This document shows, one piece after another, positions 17,347 to 27,380 of a stretch of 64,000 nucleotides of DNA (position 1 is its first letter; each line of letters begins with the position of its first letter). The notes below the pieces were generated by a model. It had not been told where the DNA came from. It made no database searches and was given only the letters and a program-made list of their open reading frames with translations. The position numbers and the translations under genes were made by a program. Source of the stretch: an uncultured Candidatus Saccharibacteria bacterium (GTDB taxonomy: Bacteria; Patescibacteriota; Dojkabacteria; SC72); NCBI GenBank assembly GCA_964560525.1, contig CAZLLO010000002.1:18221-82220 (forward strand), in the 5' to 3' direction.

Positions 17347-18471
17347 ATGAGAATGAATCTGTCCAAGAAAAAGAAGATTATTGTATCCGCTATATTTTTT
17401 ACAGTATTAGCTGGTACTGGTGGGTATTTACTTTGGAGAGTAAATAATAGAGAAACATTAGCAGAGGTTCCAGGATTAGCTTCCAATTGTTATGCTAGGT
17501 GTAAAAGAACAAGCGGTGATGACCCAGGTCATATCATAGATGCAGCTTGTACCGACCCTGAAAGATGTGCAGGATATACAAATGAAAACGGTGGACAATC
17601 TTTGTGTGAATATGAGACAGTATGTGATGCAGAACCAGCAGAAGTCTGTGGTAATGGTACTTGTGTAAGCGGAGTTGAGAATGTAACCAGTTGTCCTGCA
17701 GATTGCTCCGTATGTGGTGATAATCTATGTACAGGTACAGGCGCTGAAAATTTGACTACATGCCCAGGAGATTGTTCAGTATGTGGTGATAACAAATGTA
17801 CTGGTCCTGAGACATTAGCTACATGTCCAGGAGATTGTTCTGTATGTGGAGATAACAAATGTACAGGAAGTGAAACCGCTGCAACATGTGCTTCTGATTG
17901 TGTATGTAAAGATCTTACTTGGACAAATAAACCAAGTGGAAAATATAATCCTTCGAGAGAATTCCCTACAATTACAGTAACCAATACCAACAGTAAAAGC
18001 ACAACTAGTACAGGTACCACGATTAAACTTAACGATGTGGCTGTCGGAGCATGCTCTACCGCAAACACAGAAACCTGTTATAGTCTTAGTAATAACACAG
18101 ACGGTTTTCAAGTAGTATCAATAACCCTGTTTAAGGGTGTCAACGCAATAAAGGTAGGAACATACGCGTTAGCTATAGAGCTACCCGTTGATACAGGGTT
18201 GTGTGCACAGGATTCTGTAAATACATCAACATCATTTACCATTGAAGCCAATGCTGTAGTCGTTGTTCCTGAAACAGGAATATTAGATGGTGTGATGGGA
18301 AAAGTATATATAGGTACAGTATTTGTCTTCTTAGGGGTTATGACAACTCAATATCCAAAGATTAACTATGCTGTCCATATTCTGGGAGAGAAAAATAAAA
18401 TAGTATCCGACGAAAAGCGAAAGAAGAGAGAAGAAAGTAGAAGAAATAGATTCGAAAAAAGATTCAAATAA
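17347..18471 (+). CDS. Cys-rich tandem-repeat cell-surface protein
   Basis: N-terminal TM/signal; three tandem copies of CPxDCSVCGDNxCTGxE; Thr-rich linker; C-terminal TM helix plus a basic tail (KRKKREESRRNRFEKRFK). Confidence 0.5.
   Translation: MRMNLSKKKKIIVSAIFFTVLAGTGGYLLWRVNNRETLAEVPGLASNCYARCKRTSGDDPGHIIDAACTDPERCAGYTNENGGQSLCEYETVCDAEPAEVCGNGTCVSGVENVTSCPADCSVCGDNLCTGTGAENLTTCPGDCSVCGDNKCTGPETLATCPGDCSVCGDNKCTGSETAATCASDCVCKDLTWTNKPSGKYNPSREFPTITVTNTNSKSTTSTGTTIKLNDVAVGACSTANTETCYSLSNNTDGFQVVSITLFKGVNAIKVGTYALAIELPVDTGLCAQDSVNTSTSFTIEANAVVVVPETGILDGVMGKVYIGTVFVFLGVMTTQYPKINYAVHILGEKNKIVSDEKRKKREESRRNRFEKRFK
17690..17900 (+). repeat. Three tandem, nearly identical DNA repeats of about 60 nt encoding the CPGDCSVCGDNKCTG modules
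   Basis: tgcccaggagattgttcagtatgtggtgataacaaatgtac... repeated with few substitutions. This explains the spurious antisense ORFs 17529..18068 and 17815..18111. Confidence 0.6.
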
Positions 18472-18552
18472 AGAATTTGCAAAAACAGTGGCAAAAAGAT
18501 GAAAGGGTATGATATAATCACCGAGCATATATATTAAATAAAAGGAGTTCAA

Positions 18553-18753
18553 ATGTCAGTTATCGTACATTCTAACGAAAATATAGATAGTGCTCTTAAA
18601 AGACTTCACAGAGAAGTATTAAGAGAAAAGATTTTAGAAACTTACAGAGCTAAGGCTTTTAGAATCATCCCTGGAACTCTCAAAATCGAGAAGAGAAGGG
18701 AATGGGCCAAAATGAAGAGAAGAAGAAGAGCTGCAGCTAGAAGAGCAAAGTAA
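18553..18753 (+). CDS. rpsU: 30S ribosomal protein S21
   Basis: A 66-aa basic protein with ALKRLHREVLREKILET...KRRRRAAARR, matching the S21 family. Confidence 0.8.
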   Translation: MSVIVHSNENIDSALKRLHREVLREKILETYRAKAFRIIPGTLKIEKRREWAKMKRRRRAAARRAK

Positions 18754-18778
18754 GCAGTTAAATTTACTCTTACAATAT

Positions 18779-19222
18779 ATGTCCATTGTAGAAAATATCC
18801 GCAAAGATATGTTTACCGCTTCCAAAGAAGGAAGAGTTGATGAATCTGACATCCTTAAAATGGCTTTAGCAGCTATTAAGAATGTTGAAATTGAGACAGG
18901 CAAAGAACTTCCAGATGCAGAAATTGAAAAAATATTACGTAAAGAGACAAAGAAAATCACAGATTCGATAGATCAATATGAAAAAATGGGAAGGGCTGAT
19001 TTGCTAGAAAAGGAGAAAGGACAATTAGAAGTTTTAAATAGATATTTGCCCCAATTGCTTAGTGAAGAAGAAGTTCGAGTTGTTGTACAGAATAAGATAA
19101 AGGAATTAGGTGTAGAAAGCATTAGAGATATGGGTAGGGTTATGGGTGCTGTTATGTCAGAAGTTGGTTCTAAAACTGATGGTAACACCGTAAAAAATAT
19201 TGTCTCCCAGATATTAAAGTAA
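18779..19222 (+). CDS. yqeY: GatB/YqeY domain protein
   Basis: AMKxxxxxxL...EEEVRVVVQNKIKELG...MGxVMGxV pattern of the YqeY family. The rpsU-yqeY linkage is common. Confidence 0.75.
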   Translation: MSIVENIRKDMFTASKEGRVDESDILKMALAAIKNVEIETGKELPDAEIEKILRKETKKITDSIDQYEKMGRADLLEKEKGQLEVLNRYLPQLLSEEEVRVVVQNKIKELGVESIRDMGRVMGAVMSEVGSKTDGNTVKNIVSQILK

Positions 19223-19223
19223 T

Positions 19224-19634
19224 ATGAAGCTAGAAATTTTCAATAAGGAACTTCTAAATTTTCCAATAGAAGAATATCTCCCTAGGTTGGAAAATGCCTT
19301 TCCTGGTATGAACAATTCTGTTGTAAATATCATTTTCGTTAAGCAAGACTTTATCCATGATTTAAATATTAAGTACAGAAATGTTGATAGCATTACAGAT
19401 GTGTTGTCTTTTAATATTGATATGGATAATATGCTTGGTGAAGTATATGTATGTCCAGAGTACATAGTCTCTGCAAGACCAGAAATTGATTTAAAGGAAG
19501 AGGTATTAAGACTAATAATCCATGGAATATTACATCTTTTAGGACATGACCATACCGTAGAATTAAATGACAGTACAAAAGATATCGAGGAAATGTTTGT
19601 AAAACAGGAGAAGATATTAGAGAATGTATTATGA
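19224..19634 (+). CDS. ybeY: rRNA maturation endoribonuclease YbeY
   Basis: HGILHLLGHDH (H3xH5xH zinc motif). Confidence 0.85.
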   Translation: MKLEIFNKELLNFPIEEYLPRLENAFPGMNNSVVNIIFVKQDFIHDLNIKYRNVDSITDVLSFNIDMDNMLGEVYVCPEYIVSARPEIDLKEEVLRLIIHGILHLLGHDHTVELNDSTKDIEEMFVKQEKILENVL

Positions 19635-20191
19635 AATTAATAACAGGGTTAGGAAATCCAGGAAAGGAATATACTAATACCAGACATAACGCTGGTTTTG
19701 ATTTCGTGAATGTATTGAGAGAGAAGTTTCTGTATCAAAATACATTGTATCCAACAGAATGGAGAAAAGAAGAATCATTTCAATCAGAAATTGCCTTTAT
19801 CAAAAACGGTTCTAAGATAATTGCAATTCTTCAAAAGCCACTTACCTTTATGAATAACTCTGGTGATGCTGTCAAAAAAATTGTTGGGAAATTCGATATT
19901 GAACCTGTTAGTGATTTCATCCTAGTTCATGATGATTTGGATATACCCCTAGGGGATTTTAAAATACAGCTAGGGAAAGCTCCTTTTTGTCACAATGGGG
20001 TAAATAATGTAGAAGAAAGATTAGGAACAAAGGGTTTTAGAAGAATACGTTTGGGTATAGATGGAAGGGAAGACAAGACAATCTCAGGTATGGACTATGT
20101 CCTTATGCGATTCTCAAAAGAAGAAAGGGCTACACTTGACGAGGTAGTAGCTCAGGCTATACAAGGTATCCTTTCTGACATTATTTTGTAA
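19631..20191 (+). CDS. pth: Peptidyl-tRNA hydrolase
   Basis: LITGLGNPGKEYTNTRHNAGF start and HNG motif. Confidence 0.9.
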   Translation: MKLITGLGNPGKEYTNTRHNAGFDFVNVLREKFLYQNTLYPTEWRKEESFQSEIAFIKNGSKIIAILQKPLTFMNNSGDAVKKIVGKFDIEPVSDFILVHDDLDIPLGDFKIQLGKAPFCHNGVNNVEERLGTKGFRRIRLGIDGREDKTISGMDYVLMRFSKEERATLDEVVAQAIQGILSDIIL

Positions 20192-21413
20192 TCAAGAACT
20201 TCATATTACTTTCTGAGTAGTAGTTTGTCAGATCTGTATATGTATGTGTTTGCAAATTTTTGTCATATGGTAAAACAACACCTATATTTCCATTTGTAAG
20301 TACGATACAAGTATTAAGTACATTCTCTTTTTCATCAAGAACAAACATTACAGCACCTGATTCTGGGGCTGTATTTCTATCCCAATTAGTAAGTAATTCC
20401 TTTGTATTAAAATATTTGTAAAAAGCATTTAAAGAATTGTATTCCCATGAATACTTTTGTATGGACCCATCTTTGGTAAGCATATCCTTTAAAACGGGAC
20501 TAATTGGAGAATGCGAATTCCAATATGCTTGTGAAATTAATCTAAAAGATGTCAGGCCTCCCGCTTTGTATCGTATTTTACCTATTAAACTTGTATCATT
20601 GGGATCTGCTGTCCATTTCTTACTTTTTAAAATCTCCTCAGTTCTTGCTACTAATGTCTTCAGGTTGATATCAATGATATTATCCTTACCATCGTTGTCT
20701 ACATCCATATCCAATCCATCATACAGGGTATCATAGTCGATATCGTAGTTTGGTTTGTTGTCTTCTCCATACAAAATATTACTGTTGTAGGTGCTTACAT
20801 TGGTATATACCGTGTAAGAGAAGAAGAGGACACCGAGAGAGATAGCGAAGAATTTTACAACTTTGAGGACAGTACCTTTTTTAAAGAAGATATCTAAGAG
20901 CTTGGCTATGAAAATACCGATAATAACTGCTTCAACTCCAGCTGTGATACCGTAGAAATATCCAGTAAACAGATTCGGTTCAAGAGAATATTTAAAGAGA
21001 GTAAAGTATTGGGTTGAGAAAGGGTAGAACAACATAATATCCTCTGCGAAGATATCTCCCAATAGATGTAGTAGCGTTCCAATTAAAAAGGTATTAATTA
21101 AAATATCTGTAAACAAAGGGTTAAATACTCTGCGAGTAGATTTGTTAAAAAACTTGTCTAGAAGCTTGAATAACAGTTTTAAAAAGATCCAGATAGCGAT
21201 ATAGAAGAGAGGGGCGTGGGAAATAATGGAATGATGCATGAACGTAGGAGTGGTAGTCCCTAAAAGCACAAGCATATCAAAATCTGGAAGAATGCCAAAG
21301 AAAAGTGCAGCTAGACCAATGATAATATTTTCACTCTGATTCAGTTCTGTAAGATTTCTCTTCTGAATAATTCGATTAGTCAAAAAGGATATGGGGGCAT
21401 GTGCTAAGTACAT
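20181..21413 (-). CDS. Membrane-bound metal-dependent hydrolase-like (DUF457/YdjM-like) N-terminal domain fused to an extracytoplasmic C-terminal domain
   Basis: Multi-TM N-terminal half with HHSIISH and LHLLGDIFAED His/Asp motifs. The C-terminal half contains a DMDVDNDGKDNIID (DxDxDG Ca-binding-like) loop. Confidence 0.45.
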   Translation of the reverse strand: MYLAHAPISFLTNRIIQKRNLTELNQSENIIIGLAALFFGILPDFDMLVLLGTTTPTFMHHSIISHAPLFYIAIWIFLKLLFKLLDKFFNKSTRRVFNPLFTDILINTFLIGTLLHLLGDIFAEDIMLFYPFSTQYFTLFKYSLEPNLFTGYFYGITAGVEAVIIGIFIAKLLDIFFKKGTVLKVVKFFAISLGVLFFSYTVYTNVSTYNSNILYGEDNKPNYDIDYDTLYDGLDMDVDNDGKDNIIDINLKTLVARTEEILKSKKWTADPNDTSLIGKIRYKAGGLTSFRLISQAYWNSHSPISPVLKDMLTKDGSIQKYSWEYNSLNAFYKYFNTKELLTNWDRNTAPESGAVMFVLDEKENVLNTCIVLTNGNIGVVLPYDKNLQTHTYTDLTNYYSESNMKFLITK

Positions 21414-21491
21414 GGTCAGGTTTTTTAGAAGTTATTTCCATAGATTATACATACAAGGTTAAACCTTTAGAAGATGTGATAAAATAGCAGG

Positions 21492-23888
21492 GTGAAATAC
21501 GAATTTTTAGATAAAATCTCAGAAGAATTAGCAAAGGTAAGTGCCGATATCTTGTCCTCAAGACAGGTATCTGGTATAGACTCTGATTTCTATGAACTTA
21601 CCTCTGAAATATTGGGAAGAGCTCTTAAGAGGAAGGTCTGGCTTTTGTTTACGGATTTAGAATCTGAAAAGGAGAGGCTATTAACAATTAAAACCAAGGA
21701 GCACTTTGATATTCAGAAATTTTTAGATTTGGGATATGAAAGAGTAGAAAGAGTTTGGAATGAGGGAGAAATCTCCATCTTGGGTGATGTCGTAATTGTT
21801 TGGCCATACAGTATGAAAAATATTGTAAGGATAAGCCTGTATGGGGAAGAAATAGAGAGTATTGATATCCTTGATCTACAGACAAGAAAAAAGATTAAAT
21901 CTGTACAAGAGCGACTATTTTTAGCCAATGGTGTAGACATATATCTTGGTAATGAAGAAGCAGAGAAAGATGTGCAGATAAAGATAATGCATAGGCTAGG
22001 GGATGAAGATGGAAGTGTAGATATGGGTATCAGAACTATTCCAGGTATAGAGAATTTCAGTAATACTAAGATAGTAACAGAAATAATTAAAAATTTTAAA
22101 ACCAGAGGATTTAAAATCTGGTATATTACCAAAGACAAGGAAGAATTTGAGAAAGATCCGCTGCATGGTCAGATGGATTATGTTTTTGACGAAGATGATA
22201 TTCTTGGAAAGCAATTAAACAGAGGTTTTGTTTTCTCCTTATCGAAACTACTTGTACTTACTGACTTGGAGGTATTGGGTGAGATAGATCTTTTCAAATA
22301 TCAAAAGCTGAGTCGTAATATTGATCCAAGCTCAGTTGAGATCCTAAAGAAGATTGTTCCTGGCGACTATATTGTTCATGAGGATCATGGAATTGGGAAA
22401 TTTACGGGGATACAGGAACGTAATGGGGGACAATATATAGAGATTGCATATGCAGGACTTGATAGATTGTATGTACCTCTTACAGCAGCAGACAAGGTAA
22501 CCAAATATATTGGTGCTGGTAAGAATAGGCCAACACTTACGGGTTTGAATAGTGGTGTCTGGAAGAGAATTTCTCTTCGAGCAAAAGAAAAGGTTGAAGA
22601 AATCGCAAAAGAGCTTTTGCAATTGTATGCCCTTCGTAAAGCAACGGTTGCACCTGTCATACTTGATACAGAAGAGGCAATTGATAGTTATTGGACCTTT
22701 GTAAGTCAATTCCAGTTTACAGATACGGATGACCAGCTTTTAGCAACTAAGCATATCCTTGATGATTTCCAATCTAGTAAGCCAGCGGATAGGTTGCTTG
22801 TTGGAGATGTAGGGTTTGGGAAAACGGAAATAGCTATGCGTGCAGTATATGCTGTTGCCAATGCTGGATACCAGGTAGCAGTGTTAGCTCCTACAACAAT
22901 TTTAGTAGAACAGCATAAGATGGTCTTTAGAGAAAGGTTTAAGAACTCTGCCTTTAATATTGCCTCGTTATCTCGATTCTCTTCTGAATCAGAGAAAGAA
23001 TATGTCATAAATGGCTTGAAAAATGGAGTAATAGATATTGTAATTGGTACACACTCATTACTTTCCGAGGATGTAAAATTCAAAAATCTTGGACTTTTAG
23101 TAGTGGACGAGGAACAGAAATTTGGTGTTAAACAAAAGGAGAAGCTAAAGGAGGCAAGGGTAGATACCAATGTTCTCTCCTTAACCGCAACTCCAATACC
23201 AAGAACGTTAAACATGGCTTTAACGGGTATTCGAGATATTAGTGTATTGGCAATTCCTCCTTTAGGTAGGAAGGAAATAATTAATCACTTTGAGAAATTT
23301 AATTGGGATTCTGTACTCAAAGCTGTTGAAAAAGAACTCAGTAGAAAGGGACAGGTATATTTTTTGCATAACAGAGTAGGTAATATTCAAAGTATCTACG
23401 AGCAATTAGAAAAGCTCTTTCCTAAGGCGCGAATAGAGATAGCACACGGACAGATGAATACCGAGACCCTAACTAAAACAATGACGGCTTTTGTAGATGG
23501 GCATATTGATATACTAATTTGTACAACAATCATAGAGAATGGTCTAGATATTCCTACTGCCAATACATTAATTGTAGATGACGCAAGTAGGCTTGGGCTC
23601 TCCCAGCTGTACCAAATTAGAGGAAGAATAGGGAGGTCTGATGCACAGGCGTATGCATATTTCTTCTATGATTCTCTAGCAGGGGACGCCGAGCAAAGGC
23701 TTACAGCGCTTAGAGATTCTCAAGCACTGGGTTCTGGCTTCTTGCTCTCAAATAGAGATCTAGAGATTAGGGGGGCAGGAGATATCTTGGGACATAGTCA
23801 ATCAGGAACTATCAATTCTGTTGGGTATGGTTTGTATACACAGATGTTGCAGGAGGCAGTTGATGAATTAAGAAAAAAACAGCGTTAG
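21492..23888 (+). CDS. mfd: Transcription-repair coupling factor Mfd (short form)
   Basis: CarD/TRCF RNAP-interacting domain (GDYIVHEDHGIGKF), SF2 helicase motifs GDVGFGKTE, VVDEEQKFG, and a TRG region. At 798 aa it lacks most of the UvrB-homology N-terminal modules. Confidence 0.85.
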   Translation: MKYEFLDKISEELAKVSADILSSRQVSGIDSDFYELTSEILGRALKRKVWLLFTDLESEKERLLTIKTKEHFDIQKFLDLGYERVERVWNEGEISILGDVVIVWPYSMKNIVRISLYGEEIESIDILDLQTRKKIKSVQERLFLANGVDIYLGNEEAEKDVQIKIMHRLGDEDGSVDMGIRTIPGIENFSNTKIVTEIIKNFKTRGFKIWYITKDKEEFEKDPLHGQMDYVFDEDDILGKQLNRGFVFSLSKLLVLTDLEVLGEIDLFKYQKLSRNIDPSSVEILKKIVPGDYIVHEDHGIGKFTGIQERNGGQYIEIAYAGLDRLYVPLTAADKVTKYIGAGKNRPTLTGLNSGVWKRISLRAKEKVEEIAKELLQLYALRKATVAPVILDTEEAIDSYWTFVSQFQFTDTDDQLLATKHILDDFQSSKPADRLLVGDVGFGKTEIAMRAVYAVANAGYQVAVLAPTTILVEQHKMVFRERFKNSAFNIASLSRFSSESEKEYVINGLKNGVIDIVIGTHSLLSEDVKFKNLGLLVVDEEQKFGVKQKEKLKEARVDTNVLSLTATPIPRTLNMALTGIRDISVLAIPPLGRKEIINHFEKFNWDSVLKAVEKELSRKGQVYFLHNRVGNIQSIYEQLEKLFPKARIEIAHGQMNTETLTKTMTAFVDGHIDILICTTIIENGLDIPTANTLIVDDASRLGLSQLYQIRGRIGRSDAQAYAYFFYDSLAGDAEQRLTALRDSQALGSGFLLSNRDLEIRGAGDILGHSQSGTINSVGYGLYTQMLQEAVDELRKKQR

Positions 23889-23968
23889 GAAAGGCCTAGT
23901 TAACAATATCTTAATGAATACAAAAATTTCACTTGTTAAATTGCCACTTCATCGTCTAGTATATATCT

Positions 23969-25594
23969 ATGCCATCCGTACTATACCGAAAATATCGAGC
24001 CCAGAACTTCGACCAGTTGATAGGGCAGAATCATATTACCAAATTGCTTAAAAATGCTATTAAATCCGACCAAATCTCTCAGGCATATTTGCTAGTTGGT
24101 TCTCGTGGTACGGGTAAAACTAGTACTGCAAGAATTCTAGCGAAAGCAGTTAACTGTTTGCATCCACTTCCAGATGGCAATCCTTGTAATGAATGTGATA
24201 TTTGTAAAGCCATATCTAATGGCTCCATGATGGACTTGATAGAGGTTGATGCTGCTTCCAATCGTGGTATTGATCAAATCAGAGAGTTAAAGGAGAAGAT
24301 AGAGTTTTCTCCAACAGAGGGTAAGTACAAGGTATATATCATTGACGAGGTACATATGCTTACGACTGAGGCTTTCAATGCCCTCCTCAAGACCCTAGAA
24401 GAGCCTCCTGCGCATGTAATTTTCATTTTGGCTACAACTGATGTACATAAGCTTCCACCAACCATACTCTCGAGATGCCAGAGGTATGATTTCAGACTTG
24501 GTACTGATGATGAAATATCTAAAGTAATCTCAGATGTTGCAAAAGAGGAGAAGATTGAACTTGAAGACAAGGCGCTAGCTTTGTTAGTACAGAATGCTAA
24601 AGGTAGTTACAGAGATGCACTTTCTTTACTAGATGTGGTTTACAGTGGTCAGGAAAAGGATAACAAGAAGATAACGGATGAAGAAGTAAGGAAGATATTG
24701 GGATTACCAGATTTTGATAAGGTGACAGTATTACTAAATAGCCTTTTAGAAGGTAATGGCAAAAAAGCATTGGAAATTGTTGAAGGTTTAGAAGAGAAAG
24801 GTGTGAATCTTCAACAGTTTACAAGCTATACATTGAGTGTTTTAAGGGAGGTATTGGTTGGAAAGATTAAGGGCAAGTTAGGGAAGGAATATGAAATGTT
24901 TGGAGATTGGGATATTAGGACGATACATCGAGTTATTAATCTCTTCCTTGAGGCTGAGAATCGTATTAAGTATGCTAGTAATCAGGCTTTAGTTTTAGAA
25001 ATGATTATCCCTGAAATGATGAAGGATCTCCCCATCGCAGAGAATGAAATTAAAATTGTAAATACAGATGTAAAGAAAAAGATTGCACCCCAAGAGGAAG
25101 TAAAGGAGAAACCGAAGGAAGAGGTTTTACCAAGTGAAGTAGCTGAAGACTCTGAAGAAGAGGAAGATGATATTAGTGAGGGTGATATCTCAGTTGAGGA
25201 TATTAAGAAAAGGTGGGAGAGCTTTGTACTAGAAGTTAAGCCTTTTAACAATCATTTGTATGCATTCTTGGAGAATGCTAATGTTGTAGGCTTTGATGAA
25301 GGAGTGTTAACAATAGAGGTACCTTTTTCATTCCACAAGGATAGGATAGAGATTCCAAAGAGTAGGGAGGTCTTGGGTTCTGTGTTTAAGAAGATATTTG
25401 GGAGTTCATGTAAGATCGTTTGTAATGTTAATGACAAGATGAAGATTGCTAAAAAAGCAGATGCAGATTTTGTTTTAAGAAATTTACCTCAAGTACCTAA
25501 GAAAGAGGAAAAGCCTAAAGAAGAGGGCAAGAATAATTTTGCTAGAAGCAAGAAAAATATTGCTGAGATAGAGGCTGTCTTTGAAGGTATGTAG
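23969..25594 (+). CDS. dnaX: DNA polymerase III subunit gamma/tau
   Basis: GQNHITKLL...AYLLVGSRGTGKTSTARILAK Walker A, zinc module CNECDIC, SRCQ sensor motif. Confidence 0.9.
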   Translation: MPSVLYRKYRAQNFDQLIGQNHITKLLKNAIKSDQISQAYLLVGSRGTGKTSTARILAKAVNCLHPLPDGNPCNECDICKAISNGSMMDLIEVDAASNRGIDQIRELKEKIEFSPTEGKYKVYIIDEVHMLTTEAFNALLKTLEEPPAHVIFILATTDVHKLPPTILSRCQRYDFRLGTDDEISKVISDVAKEEKIELEDKALALLVQNAKGSYRDALSLLDVVYSGQEKDNKKITDEEVRKILGLPDFDKVTVLLNSLLEGNGKKALEIVEGLEEKGVNLQQFTSYTLSVLREVLVGKIKGKLGKEYEMFGDWDIRTIHRVINLFLEAENRIKYASNQALVLEMIIPEMMKDLPIAENEIKIVNTDVKKKIAPQEEVKEKPKEEVLPSEVAEDSEEEEDDISEGDISVEDIKKRWESFVLEVKPFNNHLYAFLENANVVGFDEGVLTIEVPFSFHKDRIEIPKSREVLGSVFKKIFGSSCKIVCNVNDKMKIAKKADADFVLRNLPQVPKKEEKPKEEGKNNFARSKKNIAEIEAVFEGM

Positions 25595-25638
25595 ATTTAG
25601 GATATAATATCCGTGTTTACTTTAATCATACAAATATC

Positions 25639-25932
25639 ATGATCAATCCTATTGAGTTAATAAAGATGCAGAATGAAGCTAAGAAGATGCAGAATAAGAT
25701 GAGAGAGAGAAAGATAAAGGGTGAGTCTAGGAATGGTATGGTAATTGTCTTTATGAATGGTGCTCAGGAATTTGAAGATATATATATTGATGATCAGTAC
25801 TTGGATCCTCAGATGTTCGATATGCTCAAAAATGGTATGAAGGAGGCTTTCAAGGACTATCAAAAGAAGCTTCAAAAGGATATGGCACAGGATGTGGATA
25901 TTGAACAGATTAAAAAGATGTTTGGTAAATAA
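25639..25932 (+). CDS. ybaB: Nucleoid-associated protein YbaB/EbfC
   Basis: A 97-aa protein in the conserved dnaX-ybaB-recR arrangement with family-like sequence. Confidence 0.7.
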   Translation: MINPIELIKMQNEAKKMQNKMRERKIKGESRNGMVIVFMNGAQEFEDIYIDDQYLDPQMFDMLKNGMKEAFKDYQKKLQKDMAQDVDIEQIKKMFGK

Positions 25933-25934
25933 CT

Positions 25935-26558
25935 ATGTCAGTACTTCCTAAGTCTGTTGAAAATGTAATTAATGAATTTAGTAGACTTCCAGGTGTTGGT
26001 CCTAAATCTGCTTCTCGTATGACTTACCACTACCTTCGTTCTTCCAAGTTGGATGCTACTAAGTTAGCTAATGCTTTGTTGGCTATGGAGGATGAGGTTA
26101 TGAATTGTAAGAAGTGTTTCAATGTTAGTGATAAAGAGGTGTGTGATATTTGTTCTAGTAAGCTAAGGAAACAGGATAAGCTTTGTGTTGTAGAAGAACC
26201 TCTTGATGTGGTTGCGTTTGAGAATTCTGGTATTTTTGATGGTTTGTACTTTGTCCTTGGTGGCGTTATATCTCCTGCTGAGGGTATAGGCGAGGAAGAG
26301 ATTAGATTTAAGGAGTTGAAGGCTAGGGTGGATGAATTATTAGAGGGTTGTGATTCTCTTGAGGTTATTGTTGCTACTAATCCTAGTTTAGAGGGTGAGG
26401 CTACTGCTAGCTATATTATTGATTTGTTTAAGGATGAATTAAAAAAAGAAAAAATAAAGATTACTAGATTAGCAATGGGATTACCTACTGGTGCTGATTT
26501 GGAATATGCTGATAGGCTTACATTAAAGAGAGCGTTGGAGGGGAGAAGGGGGATTTAA
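25935..26558 (+). CDS. recR: Recombination protein RecR
   Basis: LPGVGPKSA HhH, C4 zinc finger (CKKC...CDIC), Toprim domain. Confidence 0.9.
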   Translation: MSVLPKSVENVINEFSRLPGVGPKSASRMTYHYLRSSKLDATKLANALLAMEDEVMNCKKCFNVSDKEVCDICSSKLRKQDKLCVVEEPLDVVAFENSGIFDGLYFVLGGVISPAEGIGEEEIRFKELKARVDELLEGCDSLEVIVATNPSLEGEATASYIIDLFKDELKKEKIKITRLAMGLPTGADLEYADRLTLKRALEGRRGI

Positions 26559-27380
26559 CTATTCTGACCTTAATAGATCTTCGGTTAATTGAGCAAGAGA
26601 ATTCACAGTAGTTTCAATGCCGGGACGACCATTTATTTCTGCACGAGTATTCCGAATGTAGAAGTTAGTTATATCTTTGTATCTTTGGCTATCTTCAATA
26701 TTCTTTTGAATTCTGTTTTGTAGTTCTTCCTCGGATAAATTAGTAGCCCTTTCGATCATCTCATTTTGTGTTTGATCTAGGCTATCTGGTAACACAGTGA
26801 AGTTAACAATCTGAAACTCGTCTTGTGGAATTAATTGATTAAGTGTTACGGCTCCATTTATTTCAGTCCTAATGACTGGGATACACCAAGGATTGTCTGA
26901 TAGGGCAAGAGAACGCTTGGGAAGCCCATATAGGTTTAGATTGTGTACGTCATTTTCAATTAACTCATATTCCTGTCGTAGATTTTCATAATATTGCTCT
27001 TCTGTTCCATCGGCAGGTGTCATCCATCTCATCCAAACATATGCATTCTCGGGTTCTACAGTTGCAAGTCCCTTTTCCTCAAATTCTTTTAAAATGGCAA
27101 AGTATTGGCTTTGAGTCAATGCAGAGTCTGCTATCTCTTTAAGCCTTCCTTTGTCTTCATCTTTGATAGCCTTAAATCTTCTCAATCGGGAAGTTGCAGT
27201 TAGGATATGTCTAAAGAGATTTAGATTGGCCATCTCACATACGATTCTATCTTTTCCTGATCCTCCTGCACCGATGAGAATGCCAACTAGCTGGCGATTA
27301 TTTCTGGGGCCTAATTCTATTCCTTTGTAGATATTTGGATATATTTCTAGTCCTGGTATCTCGATTGATCCTGTTTCCAT
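26559..27380 (-). CDS. P-loop NTPase, guanylate-kinase-like with C-terminal extension
   Basis: Walker A GAGGSGKD and a TATSRLRR block resembling the GMK SATTRxxR motif. At 273 aa it is longer than canonical Gmk, and the GMP-binding YxF region is not evident. Confidence 0.35.
   Translation of the reverse strand: METGSIEIPGLEIYPNIYKGIELGPRNNRQLVGILIGAGGSGKDRIVCEMANLNLFRHILTATSRLRRFKAIKDEDKGRLKEIADSALTQSQYFAILKEFEEKGLATVEPENAYVWMRWMTPADGTEEQYYENLRQEYELIENDVHNLNLYGLPKRSLALSDNPWCIPVIRTEINGAVTLNQLIPQDEFQIVNFTVLPDSLDQTQNEMIERATNLSEEELQNRIQKNIEDSQRYKDITNFYIRNTRAEINGRPGIETTVNSLAQLTEDLLRSE

Noticed and set aside
17690-17900. Tandem ~60-nt direct repeats considered as a possible CRISPR array
   Set aside because: The units are contiguous with no spacers, lie in-frame inside a long ORF, and encode a repeated Cys-rich peptide module. 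No cas genes are present in the window.
17529-18111. Antisense ORFs 17529..18068 and 17815..18111 with repetitive HTEQSPGHV peptides
   Set aside because: They lie opposite the tandem Cys-module DNA repeats of the 17347..18471 gene. The repetitiveness is inherited from the sense-strand repeats.
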